This document shows positions 17,739 through 25,844 of a DNA stretch of 32,000 nucleotides, one piece after another. The stretch spans positions 1-32,000 of the forward strand of contig NZ_MPKA01000055.1 in assembly GCF_001945605.1 (NCBI RefSeq), given 5' to 3'. The notes below the pieces were generated by a model that was given only the letters and a program-made list of their open reading frames with translations, was not told the DNA's origin and did not search any database. The DNA is from Dubosiella newyorkensis (GTDB lineage Bacteria; Bacillota_I; Bacilli_A; Erysipelotrichales; Erysipelotrichaceae). Both the position numbers and the translations under genes were made by a program. Position 1 is the stretch's first letter. Each line of letters starts with the position of its first letter.

Positions 17739-18287
17739 ATGAAATGTGCAATCATTATGGATAATGGATTTGAAGAATTAGAAGCGATGGGACCAATCGC
17801 CCTATTGAGAAGAGGAGGCGTCGATGTAGATCTTGTCAGCGTTCACGACGATCATGTCACTGGCCGTTTTGGGGTGACCTACTCGAAAACGACGCCAATG
17901 AAGGACTATGATTTTGACGCGATCGATTGTCTGATCATTCCAGGAGGCGCCCACGCGAAAAAGCTGGAGGCCAATCCGGACGTTCTTGAACTGATCAAAA
18001 AAGTCGCCAATGATGATTCGAAAGTGCTCGCAGCGATCTGCGCCGCGCCAACGATCTTAGGAAAACTTGGCCTTTTGAAAGGGAAAGACTACACATGCTT
18101 TAAAAGCATGAATGAAGATTTTGGCGGCAACTATCATTATCAATATGTTGTCGAGGATGGAAATCTCATTACGGGAATCTCTGCTTCGGCGGCTGAAGAA
18201 TTTGGATTCGCGATCTTAGAAAAACTGACGGGCAAAGAGCATACCGACGAAGTCAAAGCTTCCATTTATTATGACGCCGCTCACTAG
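17739..18287 (+). CDS. DJ-1/PfpI (ThiJ) family protein
   Basis: The 182-aa product has the nucleophile-elbow motif AAICAAP, plus LIIPGG. SD GAGGAGG precedes the ATG. Confidence 0.85.
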   Translation: MKCAIIMDNGFEELEAMGPIALLRRGGVDVDLVSVHDDHVTGRFGVTYSKTTPMKDYDFDAIDCLIIPGGAHAKKLEANPDVLELIKKVANDDSKVLAAICAAPTILGKLGLLKGKDYTCFKSMNEDFGGNYHYQYVVEDGNLITGISASAAEEFGFAILEKLTGKEHTDEVKASIYYDAAH

Positions 18288-19479
18288 TTATATTGCCTCG
18301 GGCCAAACAGAAGAAAAAGGACGGATCGGGCTTGAGATCGAACACTTTGTGCTCAATGATGAAACAGGAGCCCCTATGCCGTATCTAGAGCTGGTCAAGC
18401 TGCTCGAATTTTTGAAAGAGAGCTATGAAGAAGCGGTGTATGAAGAAGATCATTTGATCGCGCTAGAGTCGAATACGACATTGATCACTTTAGAGCCAGG
18501 CTGCCAGCTGGAGCTTTCTTTTCGTTGCAGCGCAAACCTAGAACACATCAAAACATGGTATGAGGAAGCGGTCGAGCCCATTCAAAACTATTTGCATAGG
18601 CAAGGTTATGCGCTCGTCTACTCGGGCGGCTTGCCTAATTATTCGATCGACAAAGTCCAACGGATCCCGAAAGAGCGCTATGCGCTCATGGAAAAATGGT
18701 TCGAAACCTCAGGGAAAAGAGGAAAAGAAATGATGAAGGGAACCGCGTCGATCCATCTTTCGATCGATTATGAAAATGAAGAAGATTTTATCTGCAAATA
18801 TCGCGTGGCGAATTATCTTCATTATTTGTTCAACTTTATCACTTCGAATACTCCGATCTATCAAGGGGTTGAAAATGGAGATGTTCTTTTGCGCTCTTCG
18901 ATTTGGGAAGGAACAGATCCTGAGCGGTGCGGGTTCATGCCAAACACCTTCGATCCAGATTTTGGCTATTTTCAATACGCCAACTGGCTCGAAAAAATGC
19001 CTTTGATCGTCCTCAACGACGGAACAGAGTGCAAAAGCGCTGGCCAAAGCAAGGTTTTCGAAGTCGCGAAAACGTATGGTTATTCTTCGAAGATGATCGC
19101 CCATTATTTGTCGATGGTTTTTCCATTTATCCGCGTCAAAAAATTCATCGAGATCCGTTCAGCGGATGCGATGCCCGAACCGTATATGATGGCGTATTGC
19201 GCGCTGATCAAAGGGTTGTTTTACGATCCGTCCGTGATCGAGCATTATTGGAAGCTTTCTCAAGGAACGAGTGTTTCCAAATTGGAAGCGTATGGAGAAA
19301 AGATCCGACAAGATGGATGGAGCGCGAAAGTCTATGGCTCTAGTTTGTCGAGTGTCCTTGAAGATCTTGTGAGGCGTGCCGAGCAAAGTCTTGATCAAGA
19401 TGAGCTTGCGATGCTGGCGCCATTGAAAAAGTGTATCTATGAGAAAAAGCACATTTACGAAAGCGAGGGCCTCGAATGA
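18271..19479 (+). CDS. Glutamate--cysteine ligase (plant/COG3572-type) family protein
   Basis: The 402-aa product has the N-terminal motif RIGLEIEHFVL, and its overall layout resembles gamma-glutamylcysteine synthetases of the GCS2-like group (family recalled from memory). It overlaps the DJ-1 gene by 17 nt, and no SD is present. Confidence 0.6.
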   Translation: MTPLTSYIASGQTEEKGRIGLEIEHFVLNDETGAPMPYLELVKLLEFLKESYEEAVYEEDHLIALESNTTLITLEPGCQLELSFRCSANLEHIKTWYEEAVEPIQNYLHRQGYALVYSGGLPNYSIDKVQRIPKERYALMEKWFETSGKRGKEMMKGTASIHLSIDYENEEDFICKYRVANYLHYLFNFITSNTPIYQGVENGDVLLRSSIWEGTDPERCGFMPNTFDPDFGYFQYANWLEKMPLIVLNDGTECKSAGQSKVFEVAKTYGYSSKMIAHYLSMVFPFIRVKKFIEIRSADAMPEPYMMAYCALIKGLFYDPSVIEHYWKLSQGTSVSKLEAYGEKIRQDGWSAKVYGSSLSSVLEDLVRRAEQSLDQDELAMLAPLKKCIYEKKHIYESEGLE

Positions 19480-20786
19480 ATTACGATCCTATTTTTAAAC
19501 GCTATATCGATGATCATTTTGTCGAAAGCAAAGAGAGCGCTCTAGAGATCACGATGGCGATCCAAAAGAGCGAATTGAACGCGGGAAATGGAAACTATAC
19601 GCGAACCCTGCATGTGCCACGGTTCTTTTCGCCCTATGACAAGGAGCGGTTTTCAAAAATCACAGAAATGACGTACGGGATCTTTTCGAAGGTGATCGAA
19701 GCCTATAAAAAGGATACGCAGATTCGCGAGCTTTTTCCTTTTTCAAAAGAACTCGAGGAGCTGATCTTGCTCGATCCAGGCTATCCGGTCCCGATCCCAA
19801 TTTGCAGGATCGATATTTTTTACGATGAAACGACCAAGAATTTTCATTTTTGCGAATTCAATACCGATGGGACGAGCGCGATGAACGAGAATTATCGTCT
19901 TACCGAGCTTTTAAAGCTGAACAACGCGTATGAAGCGATTCATCCCGATGTGGAAGTGATGGAGCTGATGGAAAGCTGGATCGACGCGTTTTTATTGACG
20001 TACGATTCCAGTCCAAACGCCAAAGAAGATCCGAAGATTGCGATCGTCGACTTTTTGGAAAACGCGTATTTGAGCGAGTTGTACCAATTCGAGGAGCGAT
20101 TCAAAAAACGCGGTTTCCAATGCGAGGTGGTCGATATTCGAGATCTTCGCTTTGATGGCGAGCGTCTCTATAATCAAAAGAGCGGGATGCCGATCGATGT
20201 GATCTATCGAAGGGCGGTCACCAAAGATGTTATGGAACATTATGGGGAAGTGCAAGATTTTATCCAAGCACTCAAGCAAGGAGCGATCGTGCTGATCGGC
20301 GCCTTCCAAACGCAGCTCGTTCACCATAAATGTATCAATCAAGTGCTTTTCGAAGCGAAGATGCAAAGCTATTTTACGCAAGAAGAGATCCGATTCATTG
20401 AAGAGCATGTGCCTCAAACGCTCGATCTAGATCAAAAGACGGCGGAAATGATCGAAGGGCAAAAAGATCGCTGGATCATCAAGCCGAAAGATTCGTATGC
20501 TGCCAAAGGGGTCTGGGCTGGCGTGGATCTTGATGAAAAGCGATGGAGGAAGGTCATCTTTGATTTTGTGGATCAAAACTATATCGTGCAACAATACATT
20601 CCGCCTTATAAAACGGAAAATATCGATTTGGTCAACTATAACGAATGGGGCATGTATTCAAACTTGACGGGCCTGTATGTCTATAATGGCTTGTTTGCGG
20701 GCGTCTATTCGCGTATGTCGGATTCTGGTATCATTTCGACACAGTATAACGAAAAAACGGTAGCGACATTGTTTACGAAAGAATAG
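19476..20786 (+). CDS. ATP-grasp ligase, glutathione synthetase-like (eukaryotic-type GS / glutathionylspermidine-synthase superfamily)
   Basis: The 436-aa product has the motifs CRIDIFYD...FCEFNTDGTSAM, VIYRRAV, WIIKPKDSYAAKGVWAG and GVYSRMS, in the order seen in GS-type ATP-grasp enzymes. Its start overlaps the preceding stop as ATGA, and SD GAGGG is present. Confidence 0.55.
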   Translation: MNYDPIFKRYIDDHFVESKESALEITMAIQKSELNAGNGNYTRTLHVPRFFSPYDKERFSKITEMTYGIFSKVIEAYKKDTQIRELFPFSKELEELILLDPGYPVPIPICRIDIFYDETTKNFHFCEFNTDGTSAMNENYRLTELLKLNNAYEAIHPDVEVMELMESWIDAFLLTYDSSPNAKEDPKIAIVDFLENAYLSELYQFEERFKKRGFQCEVVDIRDLRFDGERLYNQKSGMPIDVIYRRAVTKDVMEHYGEVQDFIQALKQGAIVLIGAFQTQLVHHKCINQVLFEAKMQSYFTQEEIRFIEEHVPQTLDLDQKTAEMIEGQKDRWIIKPKDSYAAKGVWAGVDLDEKRWRKVIFDFVDQNYIVQQYIPPYKTENIDLVNYNEWGMYSNLTGLYVYNGLFAGVYSRMSDSGIISTQYNEKTVATLFTKE

Positions 20787-20818
20787 AAAAAGGACTGCAA
20801 ATGGCAGTCCTTTTCTTT
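20787..20818. terminator. Bidirectional terminator between the ATP-grasp gene and the convergent permease
   Basis: The sequence is AAAAAGGACTGC-aaatg-GCAGTCCTTTTCTTT, with an A-run upstream and a T-run downstream of the hairpin. Confidence 0.85.
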
Positions 20819-22091
20819 ATAGCATATCTTTTGGTTCTTCGCTTGTTTCGTTGAGCCAGTGGAGCTTGGAAAATACAAAGAAGAGCAAGCTCAAAAGCAT
20901 GGCGACGATGGCGGCCAAGACCATTCCGGTCAAGGCGATATTTCCGATCTGGATCGTGATTCCCGAAAGACCAGCCACAAAGACAACGGAAGTCAAAACC
21001 ATGTTGACGCTGTTGGCGTAGTCTACATGTTCATCGACAAGGATCCTCAATCCGCTAACACCGATCATTCCATACAACAAGAAGGAGATCCCGCCGATCA
21101 CAGGGCTAGGGATCGTTTCGATCAAGGCGGCAAGTGGTCCAATGAACGAGCAGATGATCGACATGATCGCAGCGCCCACAATGACTTGGACGCTATAGAC
21201 GCCCGTAAGAGCCATGACACCGATGTTTTCTCCATAGGTCGTCGTTGGGACAGAGCCTAAGAATCCGGAGATCATTGTCGAGAAGTTGTCGCCAAACAAA
21301 GTGCGGTCGAGTCCAGGATCCTTGATCAGATCGCGTCCTACGATTTGGCTCGTCACGACTTGGTGTCCAATGTGTTCGGACATGATCACGAGGATGACTG
21401 GCAAGATCATCAAGATCGCGTTGATATTGAATTGGGGCATCGTGAAGTTTGGAAGCGCGAAAAGTGGAGCTTCGAGCACAGGAGTAAAATCGACCATACC
21501 TAAGAAGACGGCGCTGATATATCCAGCCACAACGGCGACCAAGATCGGGATGATGGCCCAAAATTTACGGAAGCACACGCTGCCGATCACAGCCACACTA
21601 AGAGTGATCAAGAAGACGATCGCGTTTTTCGGGTCGATCACCGGTTCAAGAAGTCCGGCCGTGCTTGCCGCCGAACCAGAAAGCTCGAGTCCGATCAGAG
21701 CGACAACAGGCCCCATGGCAGCGGGAGGAAGAACGACATCGATCCATTTGACACCAAATTTTTTGATGACAAAGGAGAGGACGCATCCAAGGAATCCGAC
21801 GGCGATAAATCCACCTAAAGCGTAAGGATAGCCAAATTGGGCGATCACGATATTGGCAGGCGCCAAAAACGCGAAGCTCGATCCGAGATAGGCTGGCGCT
21901 TTTCCTTTTGTGATAAATATAAACAGCAATGTGCCGATCCCATTCATGAGCAATACGATCGCTGGATTGATCCCGAACAAGAATGGAACGAGTACAGTGG
22001 CTCCAAACATCGCGAATAGATGCTGGACACTGAGCGGCAATAGCATTTTTAATGGAACTTTTTCTTCGATTTGAATGATTCTTTTTGCCAT
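20817..22091 (-). CDS. pyrP: Uracil permease (NCS2 nucleobase:cation symporter)
   Basis: The product has LSVQHLFAMFGATVLVP and other NCS2 motifs and is polytopic. The true start is probably the ATG at 22091 (MAKRIIQ...), which has SD AGAAAGAGAGG. The ORF-track start at 22148 lies inside the promoter. Confidence 0.85.
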   Translation of the reverse strand: MAKRIIQIEEKVPLKMLLPLSVQHLFAMFGATVLVPFLFGINPAIVLLMNGIGTLLFIFITKGKAPAYLGSSFAFLAPANIVIAQFGYPYALGGFIAVGFLGCVLSFVIKKFGVKWIDVVLPPAAMGPVVALIGLELSGSAASTAGLLEPVIDPKNAIVFLITLSVAVIGSVCFRKFWAIIPILVAVVAGYISAVFLGMVDFTPVLEAPLFALPNFTMPQFNINAILMILPVILVIMSEHIGHQVVTSQIVGRDLIKDPGLDRTLFGDNFSTMISGFLGSVPTTTYGENIGVMALTGVYSVQVIVGAAIMSIICSFIGPLAALIETIPSPVIGGISFLLYGMIGVSGLRILVDEHVDYANSVNMVLTSVVFVAGLSGITIQIGNIALTGMVLAAIVAMLLSLLFFVFSKLHWLNETSEEPKDML

Positions 22092-22119
22092 ACTGGCCTC
22101 TCTTTCTATTATCCTAACA

Positions 22120-22148
22120 TTTATAACATTATCTTTTGTCGCATACAA
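22120..22148 (-). promoter_or_regulatory. pyrP promoter
   Basis: On the minus strand, TTGTAT (22148-22143) and an extended -10, TGtTATAAA (hexamer 22125-22120), are separated by a 17-nt spacer. The leader to the ATG would be only about 25 nt. Confidence 0.55.
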
Positions 22149-22157
22149 GAAAACATT

Positions 22158-22185
22158 TTGAATTTTTAAGGAAACGTATTATAAT
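22158..22185 (+). promoter_or_regulatory. tRNA-Arg(CCG) promoter, back-to-back with the pyrP promoter
   Basis: TTGAAT (22158-22163) and TATAAT (22180-22185) are separated by a 16-nt spacer. The tRNA 5' end lies 13 nt downstream. Confidence 0.6.
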
Positions 22186-22197
22186 ATCAAAGGAAAT

Positions 22198-22274
22198 GCG
22201 CTCGTAGCTCAGTTGGATAGAGTATCAGATTCCGATTCTGAGGGTCGTAGGTTCGAGCCCTATCGAGCGCGCCA
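22198..22274 (+). tRNA. tRNA-Arg (anticodon CCG)
   Basis: A 77-nt cloverleaf was folded by hand. The acceptor stem is GCGCTCG/CGAGCGC, the D stem GCTC/GAGT, the anticodon stem TCAGA/TCTGA with loop TTCCGAT, and the T arm GTAGG-TTCGAGC-CCTAT. The 3' CCA is encoded. Confidence 0.9.
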
Positions 22275-22287
22275 TTTTGACCTTGAT

Positions 22288-22317
22288 GGACTTTTCGAAA
22301 GAGAGGTCCTTTTTTTT
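22288..22317 (+). terminator. tRNA-Arg(CCG) terminator
   Basis: A 9-bp stem forms between GGACTTTTC and GAGAGGTCC (two G-U pairs) with a GAAA loop, followed by T8. It overlaps the stop codon of the convergent gene. Confidence 0.75.
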
Positions 22318-23254
22318 ACGCTAAATAGTGATCTTCGTCGCTTTCTTTATGGACGCATTCAATTTGATTGGTGAGGGAATCGTAGTAAAAGATCTTATTG
22401 CTGAGAAAATCGCGCTCACTTGTGATTTCCTTATTGGCCGCTAAAAGCGTTTGGCGCATTCTTTTGATCCCCGGCTTGAAAGAGCGGGGAACGAGCATGA
22501 TGTCGTTGATCGAACTAGGCAAGAGATAGAAGTTTTCGTTGAGCTTTTGAGCGATCGAAGCAAGAAGAGAAGGGACAAGGATCACGCTTGCGCCATTGTA
22601 GTAATTGATCGTGGATAAGGCGTAGATCGTGTTGGTCGGAAGAGAAGAGAAAGAGATTTTATTTGTGTATGTTGGATCGCGTGGGTCGAGGAGCAAGACG
22701 TGTTCTTGTTTTAAATTGATCATCGCTTGTTCATAGAGCTGTTCTTTATCGATGTTCCAAGTATCCAAGAGTCGCTGATCGATCGGGGTGGAGCAGAATT
22801 CTTTTTCGCTTTTCCAAAAACCAACACGCGCGTTCGCGTGCAGTCCTTGGCAGACTGGAAATTGGATCCAGCTCGGATCGGCTTCTTGATTGTAGTCGGG
22901 ATCACGAAGACGAAGGAAGATCTTGTTTTTGATGGCGGAATAGGAAGTCAGTGAATTTGGAAAGTCGAGCACGGGATCCGGATCTTGGATCAGCTGGAAA
23001 TAAGGTTCTAAGACTTTTTTTAAGAAGCGATCGATTTCTTGTTCGCTTTTTGGCTCGGAAAAGTAGATCTTGTCGATCGTGACGGCAAGACCGATTTCTT
23101 GGGTGGGATGTTGAAGATAGAGCTTTGTGGTCAAAATATCGTTTTCGCTGATTTCTTCATGAAAGCTAAGGACCGGCTTGATGGATGGATCGATCTTGAA
23201 TTGATCGAGTCGCTGCTGGAATTGACTGGAAAGCTGTTCTAGATTGATTTTCAT
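22316..23254 (-). CDS. Hypothetical protein, DUF5688-like
   Basis: The 312-aa product is soluble. Its C-terminal pattern, NGASVILVPSLLASIAQKLNENFYLLPSSINDIMLVP...FLSNKIFYYD, resembles the ...GAa.il....l..ia.klg..fyiLPSSiHEv.l.P...LS..vY.Yd pattern I recall for DUF5688. SD AAAGGAGAA precedes the ATG. Confidence 0.4.
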   Translation of the reverse strand: MKINLEQLSSQFQQRLDQFKIDPSIKPVLSFHEEISENDILTTKLYLQHPTQEIGLAVTIDKIYFSEPKSEQEIDRFLKKVLEPYFQLIQDPDPVLDFPNSLTSYSAIKNKIFLRLRDPDYNQEADPSWIQFPVCQGLHANARVGFWKSEKEFCSTPIDQRLLDTWNIDKEQLYEQAMINLKQEHVLLLDPRDPTYTNKISFSSLPTNTIYALSTINYYNGASVILVPSLLASIAQKLNENFYLLPSSINDIMLVPRSFKPGIKRMRQTLLAANKEITSERDFLSNKIFYYDSLTNQIECVHKESDEDHYLA

Positions 23255-23442
23255 TCTATGGATTCTCCTTTAAAGTCTTCTTTCGGATGAACAGTACCTA
23301 AAAAAGGAGCAATGGAAAAGGATGGAATAAAAGGATACGTGTTAGGAAAGAAGAATATACTCAATCTATCAGATCGTTTTTGATTTGTAAACGGAAAGAG
23401 AAGAAAAAAGATGCTATACTGATTTTGTTTGGAGGAATGAAA

Positions 23443-24099
23443 ATGGACGCGATATTGTTTGATGTGGATGGAACGATTTTAGATTCTTTGGGAGTGTGGA
23501 ACGAAGTCGTGCAAGCGATCTATGATGCAAATCAAATTGATTCGAATGTCGAAGAGGATATGAAACGATATCATTCTTTGAAGGCTTCGGAAGCGTTTGC
23601 GTGGATCCACGCGCATTGGCACACGAAGATGGATGAAAAAGATATGGAAGAGTTGGCCGACACGATCTTAGAGCGAGCGTATACGAAGACGATCCAACCG
23701 ATGCCTGGGGCGGTCGAATTCATCAAGCTCGCCAAGAAAAAAGGATATCGATTGGGTGTGGTGACTTCTTCGCCCTTGCGTTTGGTCAAGCCTTGCTTTC
23801 AGCGGTTAGGGATCTTTGAAGACTTTGATGGGATCGAGAGCGCGGAAGATCTTGGCTTGAGCAAAAGAAATCCAGAAATCTTTGAACGCGCTTTGAAGGC
23901 GCTTCATGTACGAGCGAAAGGCACGTACTATTTTGAAGATAGTCGTTACGCGTTGGATACCGCGGATAGTCTTGGTATCGTAGGGATCGGCGTCCGCTCG
24001 AAAGGAGAAAAGTATCCGGATCGTGTGGCGATCGATGACTTTTTCGAGCTGTTACCTCTTCTTCAAAGTAACAAAAGCCTGATTTCTTCGATAAAGTGA
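23443..24099 (+). CDS. HAD-superfamily hydrolase (subfamily IA-like)
   Basis: The product has motif I FDVDGTILDS, motif II VVTSS, and a C-terminal acidic motif region. SD GGAGGA lies 6 nt upstream of the ATG at 23443. An alternative ATG lies at 23437, and the ORF-track start at 23380 is TTG. Confidence 0.8.
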   Translation: MDAILFDVDGTILDSLGVWNEVVQAIYDANQIDSNVEEDMKRYHSLKASEAFAWIHAHWHTKMDEKDMEELADTILERAYTKTIQPMPGAVEFIKLAKKKGYRLGVVTSSPLRLVKPCFQRLGIFEDFDGIESAEDLGLSKRNPEIFERALKALHVRAKGTYYFEDSRYALDTADSLGIVGIGVRSKGEKYPDRVAIDDFFELLPLLQSNKSLISSIK

Positions 24100-24126
24100 T
24101 ATGATACGCGTAGGAGGGTTTGTGTT

Positions 24127-25587
24127 ATGCCTTGTACAACAATTTTAGTCGGAAAAGACGCTTCTTATGACGGATCTTGCATCATGGCGCGAAACGATGA
24201 TGCCGGAGCGGGTCATTTTACACCTAAGAAATTTGTGGTGATCCAGCCATCCGAGCAGCCAATCGAATATGAGTCGGTGCTTTCTCACGTAAAGATCGAG
24301 CTTCCTAAGGATCCGATGCGCTATACAGCGGTCCCGAATATCGACAATGAAAAAGGGATTTGGGCTGCTTGCGGAATTAACGAAGCGGGCGTAGGAATGA
24401 GCGCGACCGAGACGATCACTTCCAACCCGCGGGTCTTGGGAGCGGATCCTCTTGTCGTCTACGATCCAGATACGAATACGCCTGGCGGGATCGGCGAAGA
24501 AGATCTTGTATATATCACTTTGCCTTATATTCATAGTGCTCGCGAGGGCGTGGAACGATTAGGAAAGCTTCTAGAACAATATGGAACGTATGAAATGAAT
24601 GGCATTGGCTTTTCGGATACGAAAGAAGTCTGGTGGCTTGAATCGATTGGCGGACATCATTGGATGGCGCGTCGTGTGCCAGATGATGCCTATGTCGCTA
24701 TGCCAAATCAGCTAGGAATCGACTATTTTGATTTCGAGGACGCGTATGGAAAAAAAGAAAATTTCATGTGTTCAGCGGATCTGAAGGATTTCACGCTTCG
24801 TTGGAATTTGGATCTTACATTAGAAGGGCCATTTGATCCTAGAGCGGCGTTTGGCTCGCATGATGATGCCGATCATGTCTACAACACGCCTCGGGCTTGG
24901 TATATCGAACGTTATTTGAATCCGAACACGTTTGTATGGGATGGAGAAGATCCTGACTTTTCGCCTCGAAGCGACGACATTCCTTGGTGTCTCGTTCCTG
25001 AAAAGAAGATCACGATCGAGGACGTAAAATATTTGTTGTCGAGCCACTATCAAGGAACGCCATATGATCCGTATATGAGTTATGGTGATCGTTCGATGGC
25101 AGGAGCGTATCGTTCGATCGGCGTGAACCGGACGAGCTTTTTAGGCATTATTCAAAACCGGCCGCACGCTAAGGCGTTAGAGTGGATCTCGTTTGGCGCG
25201 AATCCATTCAATATTTCGGTTCCATTCTATGTGGATGTGGATCAAACTCCAGAATATGTTTCGAACACGACAGCCTCTGTGGATACAAACAACTTCTATT
25301 GGGTCTCCCGCCTGATCGAGGCGATGGCCGATGCAAGTTATAAAGAATCGTTGAATATCATCGAGCGCTATCAAAATGCGGCTTTTGCCAAGGGGCACGA
25401 GATCATCAATCGTTACGATGCCTTGATCTCCAAAGAAACAGATCCAAAAGCAAAAGAAAGCTTGTGCGCGAAAGCGAACCAAGAATTGGCGGACATGGCG
25501 CAAAAACTTTCCACTAAGACGCTGGATCAAGTGCTTTATCAGCTCAGCTGCAATATGAAAAACGCCTACGCGAGAAGCGATGCGTAA
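24127..25587 (+). CDS. C69-family dipeptidase (Ntn-hydrolase type)
   Basis: The 486-aa product begins MPCTTILVGKDASYDGS, with the N-terminal nucleophile Cys typical of peptidase family C69 (PepD-like). SD AGGAGGG precedes the ATG. Confidence 0.85.
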   Translation: MPCTTILVGKDASYDGSCIMARNDDAGAGHFTPKKFVVIQPSEQPIEYESVLSHVKIELPKDPMRYTAVPNIDNEKGIWAACGINEAGVGMSATETITSNPRVLGADPLVVYDPDTNTPGGIGEEDLVYITLPYIHSAREGVERLGKLLEQYGTYEMNGIGFSDTKEVWWLESIGGHHWMARRVPDDAYVAMPNQLGIDYFDFEDAYGKKENFMCSADLKDFTLRWNLDLTLEGPFDPRAAFGSHDDADHVYNTPRAWYIERYLNPNTFVWDGEDPDFSPRSDDIPWCLVPEKKITIEDVKYLLSSHYQGTPYDPYMSYGDRSMAGAYRSIGVNRTSFLGIIQNRPHAKALEWISFGANPFNISVPFYVDVDQTPEYVSNTTASVDTNNFYWVSRLIEAMADASYKESLNIIERYQNAAFAKGHEIINRYDALISKETDPKAKESLCAKANQELADMAQKLSTKTLDQVLYQLSCNMKNAYARSDA

Positions 25588-25594
25588 CAGAAAT

Positions 25595-25625
25595 AAAGAC
25601 TGTTGAATTTTTGACAGTCTTTTTT
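25595..25625 (+). terminator. Dipeptidase gene terminator
   Basis: The 9-bp arms AAAGACTGT (25595-25603) and ACAGTCTTT (25614-25622) are perfectly complementary, with a 10-nt loop and a following T-run. Confidence 0.8.
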
Positions 25626-25634
25626 GATGTTTTG

Positions 25635-25643
25635 TGGTACAAT
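25635..25643 (+). promoter_or_regulatory. Extended -10 element upstream of tRNA-Arg(CCT)
   Basis: TGgTACAAT lies at 25635-25643, 11 nt upstream of the tRNA 5' end. No good -35 is present at the proper spacing. Confidence 0.4.
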
Positions 25644-25654
25644 TTGAGGGACTT

Positions 25655-25731
25655 GTCGCCATAGCTCAGCTGGATAGAGCAACCGCCTCCTAAGCGGTAG
25701 GTCGGAGGTTCAAATCCTCTTGGCGACGCCA
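25655..25731 (+). tRNA. tRNA-Arg (anticodon CCT)
   Basis: A 77-nt cloverleaf was folded by hand. The acceptor stem is GTCGCCA/TGGCGAC, the D stem GCTC/GAGC, the anticodon stem ACCGC/GCGGT with loop CTCCTAA, and the T arm GGAGG-TTCAAAT-CCTCT. The 3' CCA is encoded. Confidence 0.9.
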
Positions 25732-25742
25732 TAGATCATAAC

Positions 25743-25767
25743 GCGATGAGGGATTCATCGCTTTTTT
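25743..25767 (+). terminator. tRNA-Arg(CCT) terminator
   Basis: The sequence is GCGATGA-gggat-TCATCGC followed by TTTTTT. Confidence 0.75.
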
Positions 25768-25810
25768 ATTGCCTCTTAGCGCACATAATGGGCCACATAC
25801 ACAGGACTGG

Positions 25811-25838
25811 TTGTTTCTTTTTTGTTTTGTGCTATAAC
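25811..25838 (+). promoter_or_regulatory. Promoter of the LytTR operon (predicts a leaderless transcript)
   Basis: TTGTTT (25811-25816) and an extended -10, TGcTATAAC (hexamer 25833-25838), are separated by a 16-nt spacer. The ATG at 25845 lies 6 nt after the hexamer with no SD. Confidence 0.45.
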
Positions 25839-25844
25839 AAAAGC

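Noticed and set aside
22092-22125. AGAGAGGC core upstream of pyrP, resembling the PyrR binding loop (UCCAGAGAGGCU) of pyrimidine attenuators.
   Set aside because: The predicted promoter leaves only about 25 nt of leader, with no room for an antiterminator/terminator switch. The motif lacks the UCC portion and coincides with the SD (AGAAAGAGAGG), so it is most simply just the ribosome-binding site.
25611-25616. A perfect TTGACA that could serve as the -35 for tRNA-Arg(CCT).
   Set aside because: It lies 21 nt from the TACAAT -10, which is too far. It is also part of the 3' arm and loop of the dipeptidase terminator hairpin.
25544-25732. A 62-aa minus-strand ORF, and the 5' part of ORF 25746-26297.
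   Set aside because: The first overlaps the tRNA-Arg(CCT) gene, and the second overlaps the tRNA terminator. Both are artefacts of ORF calling.
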